Positions 1 to 12,194 of a stretch of 64,000 nt of DNA are shown in pieces; position 1 is the stretch's first letter; every line of letters starts with the position of its first letter. Source of the stretch: Carcharhinus longimanus (lineage: Eukaryota); the NCBI GenBank assembly GCA_030264375.1, contig JASCQW010000133.1:34292076-34356075 (forward strand). Reading direction: 5' to 3'. The notes under the pieces were generated by a model that was not told the origin of the DNA, did no database searches, and was given only the letters and a program-made list of their open reading frames with translations. A program made the position numbers and the translations under genes.

Positions 1-249
1 CATCCTATCTATGTCACGCTGCAACTTCTGACATCCCTCCAGACTATCCACAACACCACCAACCTTCGTATCGTCGGTGAACTTACTAACCCATCCCTCC
101 ACTTCCTCATCCAGGTCATTTATGAAAATGATAAACAGCAAGGGTCCTAGAACAGGTCCCTGGGGCACTCCACTGGTGACCGACCTCCACGCAGAAAAAG
201 ACCCATCCACAACCACTCTCTGCCTTCTGCAGGCAAGCCAGTTCTGCAT
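1..249 (-). mobile_element. CR1-type LINE reverse transcriptase fragment
   Basis: Minus strand reads [22 protein letters not shown]...[13 protein letters not shown] (RT PQG and xADD motifs). Confidence 0.85.
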
Positions 250-1465
250 AGTGAGTGTTTGGAAGGTGCCCTTGATCTCATTGGTTAAATGGTATCTGAA
301 CACTTCCCCTGTTAATAAACTGTATTCTTCATGTAGGTCACGAGGAAACCTATTCCACACACTATTGATCTATAACTTGACACCATCCTTATCCGTACAG
401 TTATTGTCATGGACCTACAGAAAAATTCCAGCATGGAACATGATATTTGGTGTGGTTTTACTTTTGAAAATTATCATAGGCTTTAATTTTGTTCGTCAGC
501 AACGCAGGTTAATACCACCATGGACTTTGTCTTTTCGTGTCCTTTTTTTCATTTTTTGAAACTTTCCTTGAGCAATTACATCAGGAGCCTGATGGCAGGT
601 TTCAAATGACACGTCCTAGTCAATAGAACTAGTTCTGAGTGTTAAACGCCTCAATACCGGATAATTTGGCCTGGGAGTGGACGCTGCTGTTGGACTGCCT
701 TTCTTGCCACTAGATTTGGAGGATCTTGCAAAGGTACCACTGGTGGCACTTCTCTAGTGCTTTGAGGTGCATCTCTGAAACATAAAAGGAGCAGAGAGAT
801 TACTGTTTCCTGGTAACCAATGATCTCGGTCTTGGGAGACTGAGCTGGCAATGATGATGATGTCGGTCTGAAATCTTTGCTGGACTAGAAGATTTGATTT
901 GGCCTACTTAAGTGTGTATATGCACACTGCATTTTGAGGATCCATTCTGTTGCATTCTTAATATCAGGCCAGTACTGATCCCAATTTGCATGGTGCATTT
1001 GGTATTGTGATCTTCATGTGGATTCCTCCTCCATTCTTGCACCAGATTTCCACTAATGCTGAATTCCCTTGCTGCAGCACAGTCATTTGGTGAATTAGCA
1101 AATGTTACACCTTTTAGCTTGAAAGCAACTTCATCTTTTATTCTTTTTGTTGAAAGTCTTATTTCTGCTTATTGTTTGCCATGCCATGTGGGGCCTGCTT
1201 TATGTGGGCATGTTTTAGACGTCCATTTATTCTTCCTCGTAATACAGTGTTTATTGTGTGCTTGATCCCACACACTGACTTACAGCATATGATAAGTAAA
1301 ACGTGTATTTTCGGGCTGAAAAATTGAAGCTGATTGAGTGCAAGTGTAGCATTGCCTAAACGAACGGGGGGTATACACCAAGTATGCAAAAGCATGCTTC
1401 ATGGTGCCAATTAAAAAGGGATCACCTTTTACACCAAGTCAACTTGTATGCTACAATCTATAGTA
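250..1465 (-). mobile_element. Decayed pogo/Tigger-superfamily DNA transposon (Brinker-type HTH plus DDE_1 remnants)
   Basis: Minus strand ~1025-1140 gives FKLKGVTFANSPNDCAAAREFSISGNLVQEWRR; ~260-500 gives TKLKPMIIFKSKTTP...GVKL*INSVWNR; stops and frameshifts; degenerate TIR-like end ~1440-1463 next to TA. Confidence 0.75.
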
Positions 1466-1603
1466 TTGATGATTATATGTAACTCCTAATTACTTTTGCA
1501 CAGTTTCAGTATTTGTCATATTCATAACAAACAAATGCATAATATTTGGATGTACTCTATTTCTATCTCTCTTCTCCTCTCCTCAACATCCCTCAAAAAA
1601 CAG

Positions 1604-1726
1604 GTTGCATCGCCCTGCCTCCGTTATTTGATGGCAGTGCAGAATCACCTCCTCAGTAACACGATCCTGATCAAACCTGATGACCATGATGATAGTGACA
1701 GCTCCCTGCAGGGGGAGACATTGAAG
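1604..1726 (+). CDS. HECTD4: HECTD4 internal exon (window exon 1): VASPCLRYLMAVQNHLLSN...QGETLK
   Basis: cag| acceptor, |gtacag donor (alternative donor 6 nt downstream, exon end 1732); peptide recognised as HECTD4. Confidence 0.9.
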
Positions 1727-2201
1727 GTACAGGTAAACAACAGGTTTCTATTCCAATAGCATTCTACTTATGCTGCTGGTGGCAGTGCTTGGCAGATAAG
1801 GGGTGGAGAAGCTGGGGGATAACGGATTGCTTTCTGCAAGGCTTAAGCTTCTTATATTTGCACGGGAATTTTTTTGTATCATGCCCATTGACATACAAAC
1901 AAGATGGAGCCCAGAGAAAGGGAAGGATATTCAAAATTTGGGCCTTGAAGTTTTTGAACAAGGTAGTTTCATTTTCCATCCCTTTTATTTGTCGTCAAAG
2001 CTTCTGGAGAGAAATCTGTGATCACACAGTGCTGTCACTGGACAGAAGGATGGCGTTCAGTCTGGCCTGTTGTGTCTCCCCTGGCTCTCTGAATAAGCAA
2101 TTAACTTAGTGCTGGTCTCCTATTTTGCACCATTCTATCCATAACTTTGCACATTTTTTCCTTTTTCAGATGGTTCAATTCCCTCTTGAGTGCTTTGTTT
2201 A

Positions 2202-2510
2202 AAAGTTATTTATTAGTGTCAGAAGTAGGCTTACATTAACACTGCAATGACATTACTGTGAAAATCCCCTAGTTGCCACCCTCTGACACCTGTTAAGGTA
2301 CACTGAGGGAGAATTTAGCATGGCCAGTGCACCTAACCATCACGTCTTTGGGACTGTAGTAGGAAACCAGAGTACCCAGAGGAAACCCACGCAGACTTGG
2401 GGAGAACATGCAGACTCAGCAGAGGCAGTAACCCGAGCCGGGAATCGAATCCGAATCCCTGGCTCTGAGAGGCAGCATGGTAACCACTGTGCAACTGTGC
2501 TGCCCCATAT
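2202..2510 (-). mobile_element. tRNA-derived V-SINE/HE1-type SINE (aataaataa-type tail)
   Basis: Reverse complement of GGGCAGCACAGTTGCACAGTGGTT...GTCTGCGTGGGTTTCCTCTGGG core; homologous to 25192-25472. Confidence 0.85.
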
Positions 2511-4184
2511 CTGCTGTCACGACACTCGCAAGTAGCATATTCCAGATCTTAACCACTCTCCACATGTTTCCATTGCTTCTCTGCCCAATCGTTCTTGATC
2601 TTCCTACTGGTGGAACCAGCTACGCTGTTATAGATTTAACAAAAACAAAATTCATTTCTGGCTTCATTGACTGACTTATGCAATCTAATCACATGACTAT
2701 AAATACTAATAAATCATTTAACAGTACCATCCAAACTTGAAACCTTTACTAAATAGAAAAATAACAGCAACAGACACATGGGAACGCCACTTGTGAATGC
2801 CCTTCTAAGCCTCTCACCATCTTGACTTATGCTGCCACTGGGTTTAAAAACCTGGAACTCCCTTCCTAATAGCATAATGGGGTGTACGTACACCAAATGG
2901 TTCATGAAGGTGGCTCACCGCCTCAAGTCTAATTAGAAATGTTAACATTTTTGGCCTTGCCAGTAACAGTCACATCTCGTGAATGAATTCATAGAAAACA
3001 CCAAACAATGAGTTTGAAAGTCAAATTCCTAAATGTGGACACTTTGAGGTGCATTAGATCCATAGTGTGAATCTGATAAACTAAATCACAGTCTTTAAAT
3101 TAAGGTGGCATTAACATTTGAAAATTAATTATTTAGGCAAATTAGAGCTGGCTCTGTTCCAGGGACTATTGCAATCTTATTTTGGCTTATGACTGCTTAG
3201 ATTTTACATGTATACCATTTCCACTACTTACCATAGATATTATATCCTCATTGAATTTTTCCAGTGCAGTTGTCCCTTTTAAAATAATTTCTTTCAACTT
3301 TGAAGCATTTTTGTTTATTTGAATATGTTGTAATTTCATCTTGAATTACAAATTTAAAAGTTTTTCATGTTGAAATTATCTGTGTTATCAATTTGTTTCA
3401 GAAAATGAATGACCAATTATAACTTCAACTTGATTTCCAGCATTTATGCTTTTTGTTTTTATCTACAGCTTATACTAAGGTTGACTGGCTGTAGAGAGTT
3501 TGCAGCAATTGTTCTTAACCTCCAGTCAGCCAAGCCCCATGTCAAACTTTTTTAAAAACCTGCATTGCATTTAGCAGGAAATGTTGCCACAATCTCAGAT
3601 CTTATTGCAATAATTTTAGAAGTGCTGCAAGTAGCATTTTGTCTTTGAGTATGATCAGAGGGAAAAAGTTTAAGGGCAAGTCTGATTCGATATAATTTTT
3701 GTCCTGTGATTTTTAATTCGGGAAGGTAGTTGATTGGGCACTTGCCCTCTCTTTTCCTCCCATGGGTTAATTGTGTGATGATGGGGTACAATTTGAGCAA
3801 GTACTCAAAAACTTGGAATTAAATTTATTTAATTTAGAGCAGATGTTATCTTTCAGTTGCATATTGTGAATGTCACAGTGTCTTGTGTAGTAGTTGTGTT
3901 GCTGCTTTGCTGCTTATGTATTTTAATATGTTGCGATTTATTTGAAATATTTGATCTATGTATAATCAGACTCCTATTTTCTGAATTTAAATGTTCTGAG
4001 AGACCAAGAATTAAAATTGATTTTTAAGTTGTACTCAAGTTGAAATATTTGGTTTTTAAAGTCTTCATTTGCTTCGAATGACTCAAAGTGGTAGCTCATG
4101 TTAGCGTTCCACATTGAGAAACCAAATTTAAGTATGAATGTGCAGACTTATAACTCTGTCTGGTAGTCAACACAGACTTGTTGA

Positions 4185-4455
4185 GGTTAGCACTACTAAC
4201 TTCCAGTGCCAGGGACCCGGGTTTGATTCCAGCCTTGGGTGACTGTGCGGAGACTGCATGTTCTCCCTGTATATGCATGGGTTTCCTCCAAGTGGCCTGG
4301 TTTTCTTCCACAGTCGAAAGATGTGCAGGTTAGGTGGATTAGTGGTGTAAATATGTGGGGTTACAGGGATAGGGCCGAGGTAAGATGCTCTGTCACAGCG
4401 TCAGTGCAGACTCCATGGACTGAATGGCATCCTTCTGCATTGTAGGGATTCTATT
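4185..4455 (+). mobile_element. HE1/V-SINE-type SINE
   Basis: ggttagcact...ccagggacccgggtttgattcc head, V core, CR1-like tail ending gggattctat. Confidence 0.85.
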
Positions 4456-5989
4456 TGATAAACTGCCTTTCCTTGAGTCAGTGGAATTTATATTTTGTCG
4501 GAAAATATTCAAGTCTGTCTTGTTGAATAGAAAGTTTTTAAGCTATTGAAAAGCACTACTGTGTTAATGTTCCAGTAATCCTTTACAGTTTTTGTTCCAG
4601 TTCTGTTAAGTATTAAGTACTGCTATTCAACTGCTGTGGAACAGTGCCTTATAATTGACATGCAGTGAGACTATTGAATTGTCAGAATCTTAAAACTATT
4701 CACTGGACAGTGCCTAAACTAATACATTTAACAATTTGGTGATTTGTAACTGAAAACGCTGCTAACATACATGTGCGTACTAACAGTAAGTCCTCACTTA
4801 AAGTTAAGCAAATCAGATTTTCTAATTAAAGCCAATGTAAAAGCTGTAGTTGGGTTCTATAGGAAGTTTCTCATTTAAAAAAAAATTAAAGCATTATATC
4901 ATCTGAATGTCAATGTTGTAAATTCCTGTATTCCTATGTTTGTAAAGAAGTAACTTTAAAATCTGAAAATATAAAAGTACTATGCTAACTTTCTACTTGC
5001 CTCTTGTTCACTGCTGATACTGCTCACTGCACCTCCTGCTTACCGCATACCCCACTCTGAAAAACTGCTGCTTTGTGAACTGTGCCACTTCCTAATGCTG
5101 CTGGTTTGCAGCCAATCATGGTGGACTTTTCCTCTTGCTGATCCTCCCTCTCCTTGCCTCTGCCACTCGTTGTCTCCTCCTCCTCCTCCTCCCACCCCAA
5201 TACCCTTGTGATGAGTGGTGAGAGACAGGAAGAGCGACTTTAACTTGCAGGAGGCAAGATATGAGCTGTAGAGGTGGCGAGAGGGAGTGTCAAGAAGAGT
5301 GTAAGCTGGAGGATGGACAGCAAGAGGGTAGGGTCAGGTAATGGCAGAGGCTGCTTCAAAATGCTGTTGAGGTTTCACAGCCTATGTCTGGTGAAAAACT
5401 AGTTTAAAACATGAAACATGAATCCCAATAGGTCACTGACGTTAAGGCAGAACAACTTCAAACGGAGCAACAACTCATGGTAGATTAAAGGGTTATATTG
5501 ATGTCGTGCATCAGTGTAATGAAAAGCATTCTAGCTGTTTCTATCATATCAGGTTTTCAAGTTACATTACCCGCATAGTGTCTTCCTGAACGTTGTCAGG
5601 CTGTCCATTTGAAGCATTTTGCACAATTTAACTGTGGTCTCTGCAAGGAAGGTTCTGGGTTAAATGCTTTCTTAGTTCTTTGGCTTCTCAGCTAATGGGA
5701 ACATTTTAGCAGATGCCTGTGTGTACACTGTATGGCTTGCTTGACTTGAGTCACAGCAGGCAACTCAGTCAACAGAGAATTCAGTTTGACAAATCTAATT
5801 TTTAAGATTTACTAAATCACGTCAGCAATTGCATCGGTATGCAATTTATTACCACTGATGGATGAAATGCTAACTCATGTCTCGTAAATTTGCTTTTAAA
5901 CTTGAGTTGCAATTGCATTGTTGCTTCCTCTTTGTAAGAAGGATAGCTATAGCTTTACACTTGATTTGCTGTTTTGTTCTTTGATGAAG

Positions 5990-6114
5990 GAACTCCAGAC
6001 CAGTATCTTAGCGCTAGCCACCAAAATCCTGGCAGGATGTGATGAAGTACTTGAAAAACTCCAGCGAGTCACGACATCTGTTATTAACAGTGAAATGGCT
6101 GACAAAGAGCACAG
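5990..6114 (+). CDS. HECTD4: HECTD4 exon 2: ELQTSILALATKIL...DKEH(R)
   Basis: aag| acceptor, |gtcagt donor; phase 0 to 2. Confidence 0.93.
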
Positions 6115-6159
6115 GTCAGTACAGCTATTAACGTTCAACTGTGTATATTTCATGTTGAG

Positions 6160-6283
6160 TAAGAAGTCTCACAAGACCAGGTTAGAGTCCAACCAGTTTA
6201 TTTGAAAGTAATCTCACAAGTTTTCGGAAATGGTGTTCCTTCGTCAGGTGTGTGCAGTCCCAACGCCGGCATCTCTACATCAT
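6160..6283. mobile_element. Short Penelope-like insertion with internal inversion and hammerhead motif
   Basis: Flanked by a perfect 14-bp direct repeat TATTTCATGTTGAG (6146-6159, 6284-6297); homologous to 30910-31092 and 33283-33364. Confidence 0.75.
6215..6250 (-). ncRNA. Putative minimal type I hammerhead ribozyme
   Basis: Minus strand: cac-CTGACGA-a-ggaa-caccat-ttcc-GAAA-ac-tt-gtg; both core boxes intact, stem II GGAA/TTCC, stem I CAC/GTG. Confidence 0.6.
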
Positions 6284-6729
6284 TATTTCATGTTGAGACA
6301 GGATATGCTCCGTTGTCACACCTCCTTTCCAAAAGCTTCAGTTCAGTAGTTTAAAATGCCCATTGTTACTAGTTTAATGGTGTGTGTTTCTGTTTTTATG
6401 GAAATAGTTGCGTATCAGCACCACAATATCATAATTTAGATATGTGTTCATATGCGCACCTGTAAATGTATGCATTTTGCATCGTTCAGTGTGTCACCTC
6501 ATCTCTAGTTGAGAGATTGGCATTCCTGGCTCATGTTCACATGCTGATTTTTGTCAGTGCATTTCTACTTAATTGAACAGTTTCCATTTTTAAACAAAGC
6601 AAACATCTTTTAGTAGTAATAGTTGATAGTGGTATTGAAATGTAATCTAAAACAAATGTATATCCTGTAATGTAAATGTATATTAGGGTATATTTTACCC
6701 TAATGTCATATCAGAACCTACGATAGTCC

Positions 6730-6975
6730 TCCACAAAGCCATTAACACTTGCTCTGTTTTATGCCCGACACATCTTTGTTGCACTCTCTCCTAGTTTCCA
6801 CCTATTGCTAATGTTCTACTTGCCACCACTGCTCCAACCCCTGAACAGCATATAATCCATCAATTTTCTCCCCTTCTAGTTCTGAAGAGTCAGAAGAATT
6901 TGAAACATTAGCTTTGTTTCTTTCTCCACATTTACTACCACACCTCTGTGAGTTTTTCCACTATTCTGTTTTTTC
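6730..6975 (+). mobile_element. Penelope-like terminal repeat remnant (second family) with degenerate hammerhead boxes
   Basis: CTGAAGA (6882)...GAAA (6902) followed by tttctccaca...gagtttttcca tail; same family as 24610-24797 and 50935-51650. Confidence 0.5.
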
Positions 6976-7286
6976 ACGATTGAATAACTTTCCCATTTCA
7001 TATATGACTGGGTTCATCATGCAGGTTTAGCTCTCATTGAGACCAGCATCAATCGGGTCTAATTTTTTTTTTGTATGACTTTGGAAAATACTGATGTAAA
7101 TTGTTTTGTATTGAAGCTAGTACAGTAGAATTAATGATTAGAATTACAGTGGTCCGCTCTGTTCCCCTCTTGAGCATGCCCCCCCCCCCCCCATCCAATT
7201 CCCGAGGGTTCACTCGTCATAAGTTGTATGAACATACACATTCAAAGCCATTTGGTCCCTTGGGCCTCTTTGATCATTTGATAACA

Positions 7287-7340
7287 TTATATACATTGTA
7301 CCAATGACTACAATTACATACATTGTACCAGTGACTACAA
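7287..7340. repeat. Tandem duplication of about 28 bp
   Basis: atacattgtacca(a/g)tgactacaa occurs twice. Confidence 0.8.
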
Positions 7341-7624
7341 CTCTAGAGTATTTATTTTGCTGCCAGGTGTTTTGAGGCATCATGCTTCTGTAGCATTTGT
7401 CTTTCTTTCAATTCACCTGCTTGCAGTTAGCAGAATGACTGCAGCAGTGATGAATTTGGAGGCCTAATGTTGATTTTCAAAGGATCATTGATCACAGAGT
7501 AATCAACAGACGTCAGAAAAACAGCTAAAGAAATCACTACATTTACAAAACTATTCAACTCTGTAGCTAATATAACTTTACCATTCTGACCCCTCTGCCA
7601 TTATTTCGTATTATCTCCTTGTGT

Positions 7625-8220
7625 TTATCCTGCCAAAATGTATCACTTCACATTTCTCTGCATTTAATTTCACCTGCCACCCTTTGGCTTGTTCCACCAA
7701 CTTGACTATGTCCCTTTAAAGTTCTACACGACCCTCCTCACTGTTCACAATACTTAGTTTTCATATGATCTTCAAACTTTGAAATTTGTGCCTTGTAGAC
7801 AAAGGTCTCAATTATGAATATATATCAAGAAAAAGGGTCCCAACATTGACCCCAGGAACTCCAGTACCAACTTTTCTCCAGCCCAAAAAATGGCCATTAA
7901 CCAATAATCTGCTTCCTGTCATTCAGCCAATTTGATATCCATTTTGCTACTGTCCCTTTTATTCCATCAAATGTAACTTTGCTCTTGAGTCTGTTTCGTA
8001 TCACTTGATCAAATACCTTTTGAAGATCCAAGTACACCAAATCAACAGCATTGCCTTCATCAAGCCTTTCTGCAACCTCAATAGAAAAACTCCCAAGTCA
8101 GTTGAACACTCTTTTTCCTTAAGAATTCATGCTGGTTTTCTTAATTCATCCACATTTGTCCATGGGTAATTTTGTCCCAGGTTATTGTTCTGGAAATTGC
8201 CATACCACTAAAGTTAAATT
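7625..8220 (-). mobile_element. Old CR1-type LINE RT fragment
   Basis: Minus strand VYLDLQKVFDQV and degenerate PQG/ADD regions. Confidence 0.7.
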
Positions 8221-8969
8221 GGAAAAATATGGAAATCGGACGCGAAAACAAGTCACATTGGAAATGCAAATGAATTCAACCAGCATCTTGGAAGAGAAGA
8301 GATTGGTTAATATTCTGCATCTTCAATGTCCCAGGATTAGGGTAATTGGACTAATTTATGATTAAAAACTTGGATTAATTCTGCTGGAGTGATGAAGGTC
8401 TGAGATGAACTGATTGAGGATTTTAAATATTTGGGGGAAAAAACATTCCTGTAGTTGGAAATTCAGAACAAGAGAATGCAATTTTACAGTTCAAACTTAA
8501 GCCAGTGAAAGATACACCTAAGAAAAAATTCAGAAATGTTGGTGATTGCCATCAAGTCAAATAGATTTTTTTTTTGGATTAACTGTATTTGGGCATCAAG
8601 AGAAAAATAATCTTGTGATCAGTGAGAGTTTGCTGCTGTTGCCGGTAGTTGCCAGAGCTAACACAAAGGACTGAATGACTGACTCATGTTCCTGTGCATG
8701 AAACATTGTTATCAAACAATAAAACTCAGTGATGCAGGTGGTACTGGTTAATCATCAAAACTAAGGACACTTCTTCAGCCTGCCTACTCCGTCTTTAGCT
8801 TTGGACTGCTGATTGGCACTCTGTTCCTTATACTGAGAGCTAACTTAATAAAGTGTAGAGGTCTGATTTTTGGAAAGCCAGTGTTGATATGGGCCATTCT
8901 GTCTGGTATAAAATTCTGTGCTGTTTGTAACTAATTTAGTAATAAACTAAGATTGATTCTTCACTACAG

Positions 8970-9123
8970 GCTGAAAGGTTTGGAACAGATCACGAAAGCC
9001 ACTATGTTGGGCCATTTGCTGCCAGTATTGCTGACCTCTTTGATGCACCCAAACCTGCAGACGCTGATCATGGCAGATGCACTCATGCCACAACTGGTTC
9101 AACTTGTTCTCTACACCAGCCAG
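8970..9123 (+). CDS. HECTD4: HECTD4 exon 3: (R)LKGLEQITKATMLGHLLP...LYTSQ
   Basis: cag| and |gtaaag; phase 2 to 0. Confidence 0.95.
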
Positions 9124-10317
9124 GTAAAGAACAACATTTTTGAAGTCCACTTCAGGATATCTATTTATAATGACTAAAATCTTAAATTTGAAGTGAAACT
9201 GCATGACTCCTGAAAAATAAATGTTTCATATTATCTGTTATCTCCTGCTTTCTGTTTAACATCTTCCCTCAGCTGATATGAAGGAATTTCAGGCATTAAC
9301 CTGTGCAATTGCTCTTCTGACACATTAACCTTGGTATTAAGAACAGCTTGCCCCCCTCTATCCTGTTTCCAGACATTGTTTCTCTCTTGCTCTTGTAAAT
9401 TTTCTTCTTGTTTCCATTCTATCTTGAAGGCAATGATTTCTTTCATAGCTAGCACTCAATGTTATTAAATGACCAGTTAATTAATTGCACTGAAACCCAC
9501 AGAGTAAATCCTGGGCTGTTACTTACCACCCTCTACTGATGTCCATGCCAGTGCACTTGCATAGAGTAGTTAGTTGTGTAACGATCATGAGTTGAGATCT
9601 GTGGTCAAACTTATCTATGTTCCTGCTGATGTTAAATAAACTAAATCACTTTCAAACTGAAGCTGGAACCATCCAGGACTGTATGACTCACCTGATCAAA
9701 AATTGCTGAATTATGAGGGTAGCTTTGTACTTTGAGAATCGAGTTTTTTAAAGCATTTTTTTCATGTATTTTCTGAACTTGATTTATTATTCTTTTAAAT
9801 TGGATCCTTGTGCACAACTAATTAAGATTGTGGAGTGGAATGGAGGGGATTGTTACTGCATTAACAGATGTGCCATTAAAATGCAGGCACATGTTGCAAT
9901 TCCCTTCATTTCTGTCCCGTGGCTGTCATTTTACACAATCTGCTGGAACGCATCAAACTGATTACCTGCAGGAACTCTACTGCTTATTGCAGCAAAATAA
10001 ATATTCTGCTTGGTGAATCATATTGTGGTCAAGTCTTTTGTCACTCTTTTTTATATTTGTTTGTGATATCTGCGCATCACTGGCAGAGGTCCACATTTTT
10101 TTGCATATCCCTAACTGCCCTGCAGAAAATATGGTGAGCTGTCTACTTGAACTGTTGCAGCCCTTGTGGTGCAGGTGCATCTGAAATACTTTTAGAAAAG
10201 GAGTTCTAGGATTTTGACCCAGCAACACTGAAGGAAGAGTGATTATAGTTCTAAATCAGAATTGTGTGTAGCTTGGAGGGTGCAAGCACTTATTTTCCCT
10301 TGAAAATCACATAAAAT

Positions 10318-10698
10318 AAGAACATAAGAAATAGGAGCAGGAATAGGCCATCTAGCCCTTCAAGCCTGCCCCACCATTCGATAAGATCATGGCTGATCGT
10401 GGATCAGTTCCACTTTCCAGCTCTCTCCTCTTGTCTATCAAAAACCTATCTACCCGTGACTTAAATATATTTNNNNNNNNNNNNNNNNNNNNNNNNNNNN
10501 NNNNNNNNNNNNNNNNNNNNNNNNNNNNNNNNNNNNNNNNNNNNNNNNNNNNNNNNNNNNNNNNNNNNNNNNTATAAGATCCCCCCTCATCCTTCTAAAC
10601 TCCAACGAGTACAGACCCAGTCTATTTAGTCTCTCTTCATAGTCCAACCACCTCATCTCCGGTATCAGCCTAGTGAACCTCCTCTGCACTCCCTCCAA
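10318..10698 (-). mobile_element. CR1/HER1-type LINE 3' end (spans an N-gap)
   Basis: LEGVQRRFTRLIPEMR...RRMRGDLI; aagaacataagaa microsatellite-like tail. Confidence 0.9.
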
Positions 10699-10991
10699 GG
10701 GGGTACACCCTCCAAATACTGAGGGTGTACCCCCACCACATGGACTGCAGAATTTTAAGACAGCTCACCACCATCACCTCAAGGGACATTAGGGATGGGC
10801 AGTAAATGCTGGTTTCACCAGCAAATGAATTTGAATGAATTAAAGATAAAATGACCTGCTATTTCTTGCTAGTTCTTCATGACAATACACTGCCATGAGT
10901 GAGTAGATTTTGGTCATGCTGTTTGCCCATCACTGCAATATAATTGGCATTAGATGTGTAGCTAGGGATTTTTTTCTGTAATAGTGTCCAT

Positions 10992-12194
10992 TGTTATGAT
11001 CCCAGCTAATATTCTGTTGGACAGTCAGGTCCCAGAGTGGAATCCAACTCAATAGATCTTAATTTTTTTTTGTTTAAAAGATGGAGGTGAACAGAGTCAG
11101 AGGACTGCCGATTAAGTTGTAACAAAAATTAAACAAGAAAAGGTCAACTATAATACACTACTCCTTCACCACAGCTATACCTTTACAGATATACGCAGAC
11201 TTGTAAGGATAAAGTTACAAAACATATACTCTAATGTTCCCAGCAAGTACAGAGTCCATGTAACCAATGGGCCAATTGTGACCAGATGTGCCACACTTTG
11301 AAACCAAGTGACAGATGCCACCCAAAGAACCTTTGTGGATTACACATCAAATCACCCCCAAATGCTTGTTGAGAGTGATCTCACTGGAACTCTGGCTTTG
11401 ACACAAACTCCAAACTCCACTCTCAAAGAACACACAATAGAATCTTCTAAAAAGACTTTCAAGGATCCACATCCAAGAGTTCAACGTGACCTTTCATTAT
11501 TCTTCTGCCCTGGATTTCACCATGTGCATTAAAGCTTCCACACAATCTCTCAGTGCCCAGCCACACCGACAGAACACCACTGCTTCACAGGCTATATTAG
11601 AGTGTCACTGACCATTTTCACCTCTGGTGCTTGGTTTCTCAATGGCCGACATCTCCAGGTATGCAAGTTGCAGCTGTACTCTGTCTTTAATTGGGAGCCC
11701 CTCTGCCCCTTTAACTTCAGTGAACAGTACCTTGGTCAGATTTCGATTCTTTGTCTCTTTGAATTCAGTCTTCCTGGTCCTTCTTTTCATTCCCTGGTTT
11801 TTGGGACTTCTGCTTTAGCTTCTGGGGCTTGTTTTCTGTCCCTTTGCATTGTCCTGCCTCCACTGACAGTCTGTGGAATGCTTTTTGCCTCTGGGTTGCC
11901 AGGTTCAAACTGACAATTCAAATGCTGCTTCTTTTCAGTGTGAGCCTCTGACTGCTAAGCAACAGCTGAGTTTTTTTTTGAAAAGCCTCTAATTGATTTT
12001 ACATTGTAAAACTTTCAAACACTGCAGGAAATTTAAGACAAAAACCTATAGGTTTGCAGGCATCTTTGTTCAACATGAAGCTAAATTCATGAACCCTTCC
12101 TTAACACATAGGTGCATAAATAAAGCTTACTTAAGTGTATACCTATTTCTAACACACACAAGTATAAATGACTTAAACTATTTTCACTTAACAA
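10992..12194. mobile_element. Possible solo LTR or LTR-like repeat
   Basis: Begins TGTTA with candidate TAACA ends (12106, 12154, 12194); non-coding; no TSD confirmed. Confidence 0.35.

Noticed and set aside
77-559. 160-aa + strand ORF
   Set aside because: Antisense read-through of CR1 RT and pogo transposase remnants; not a gene
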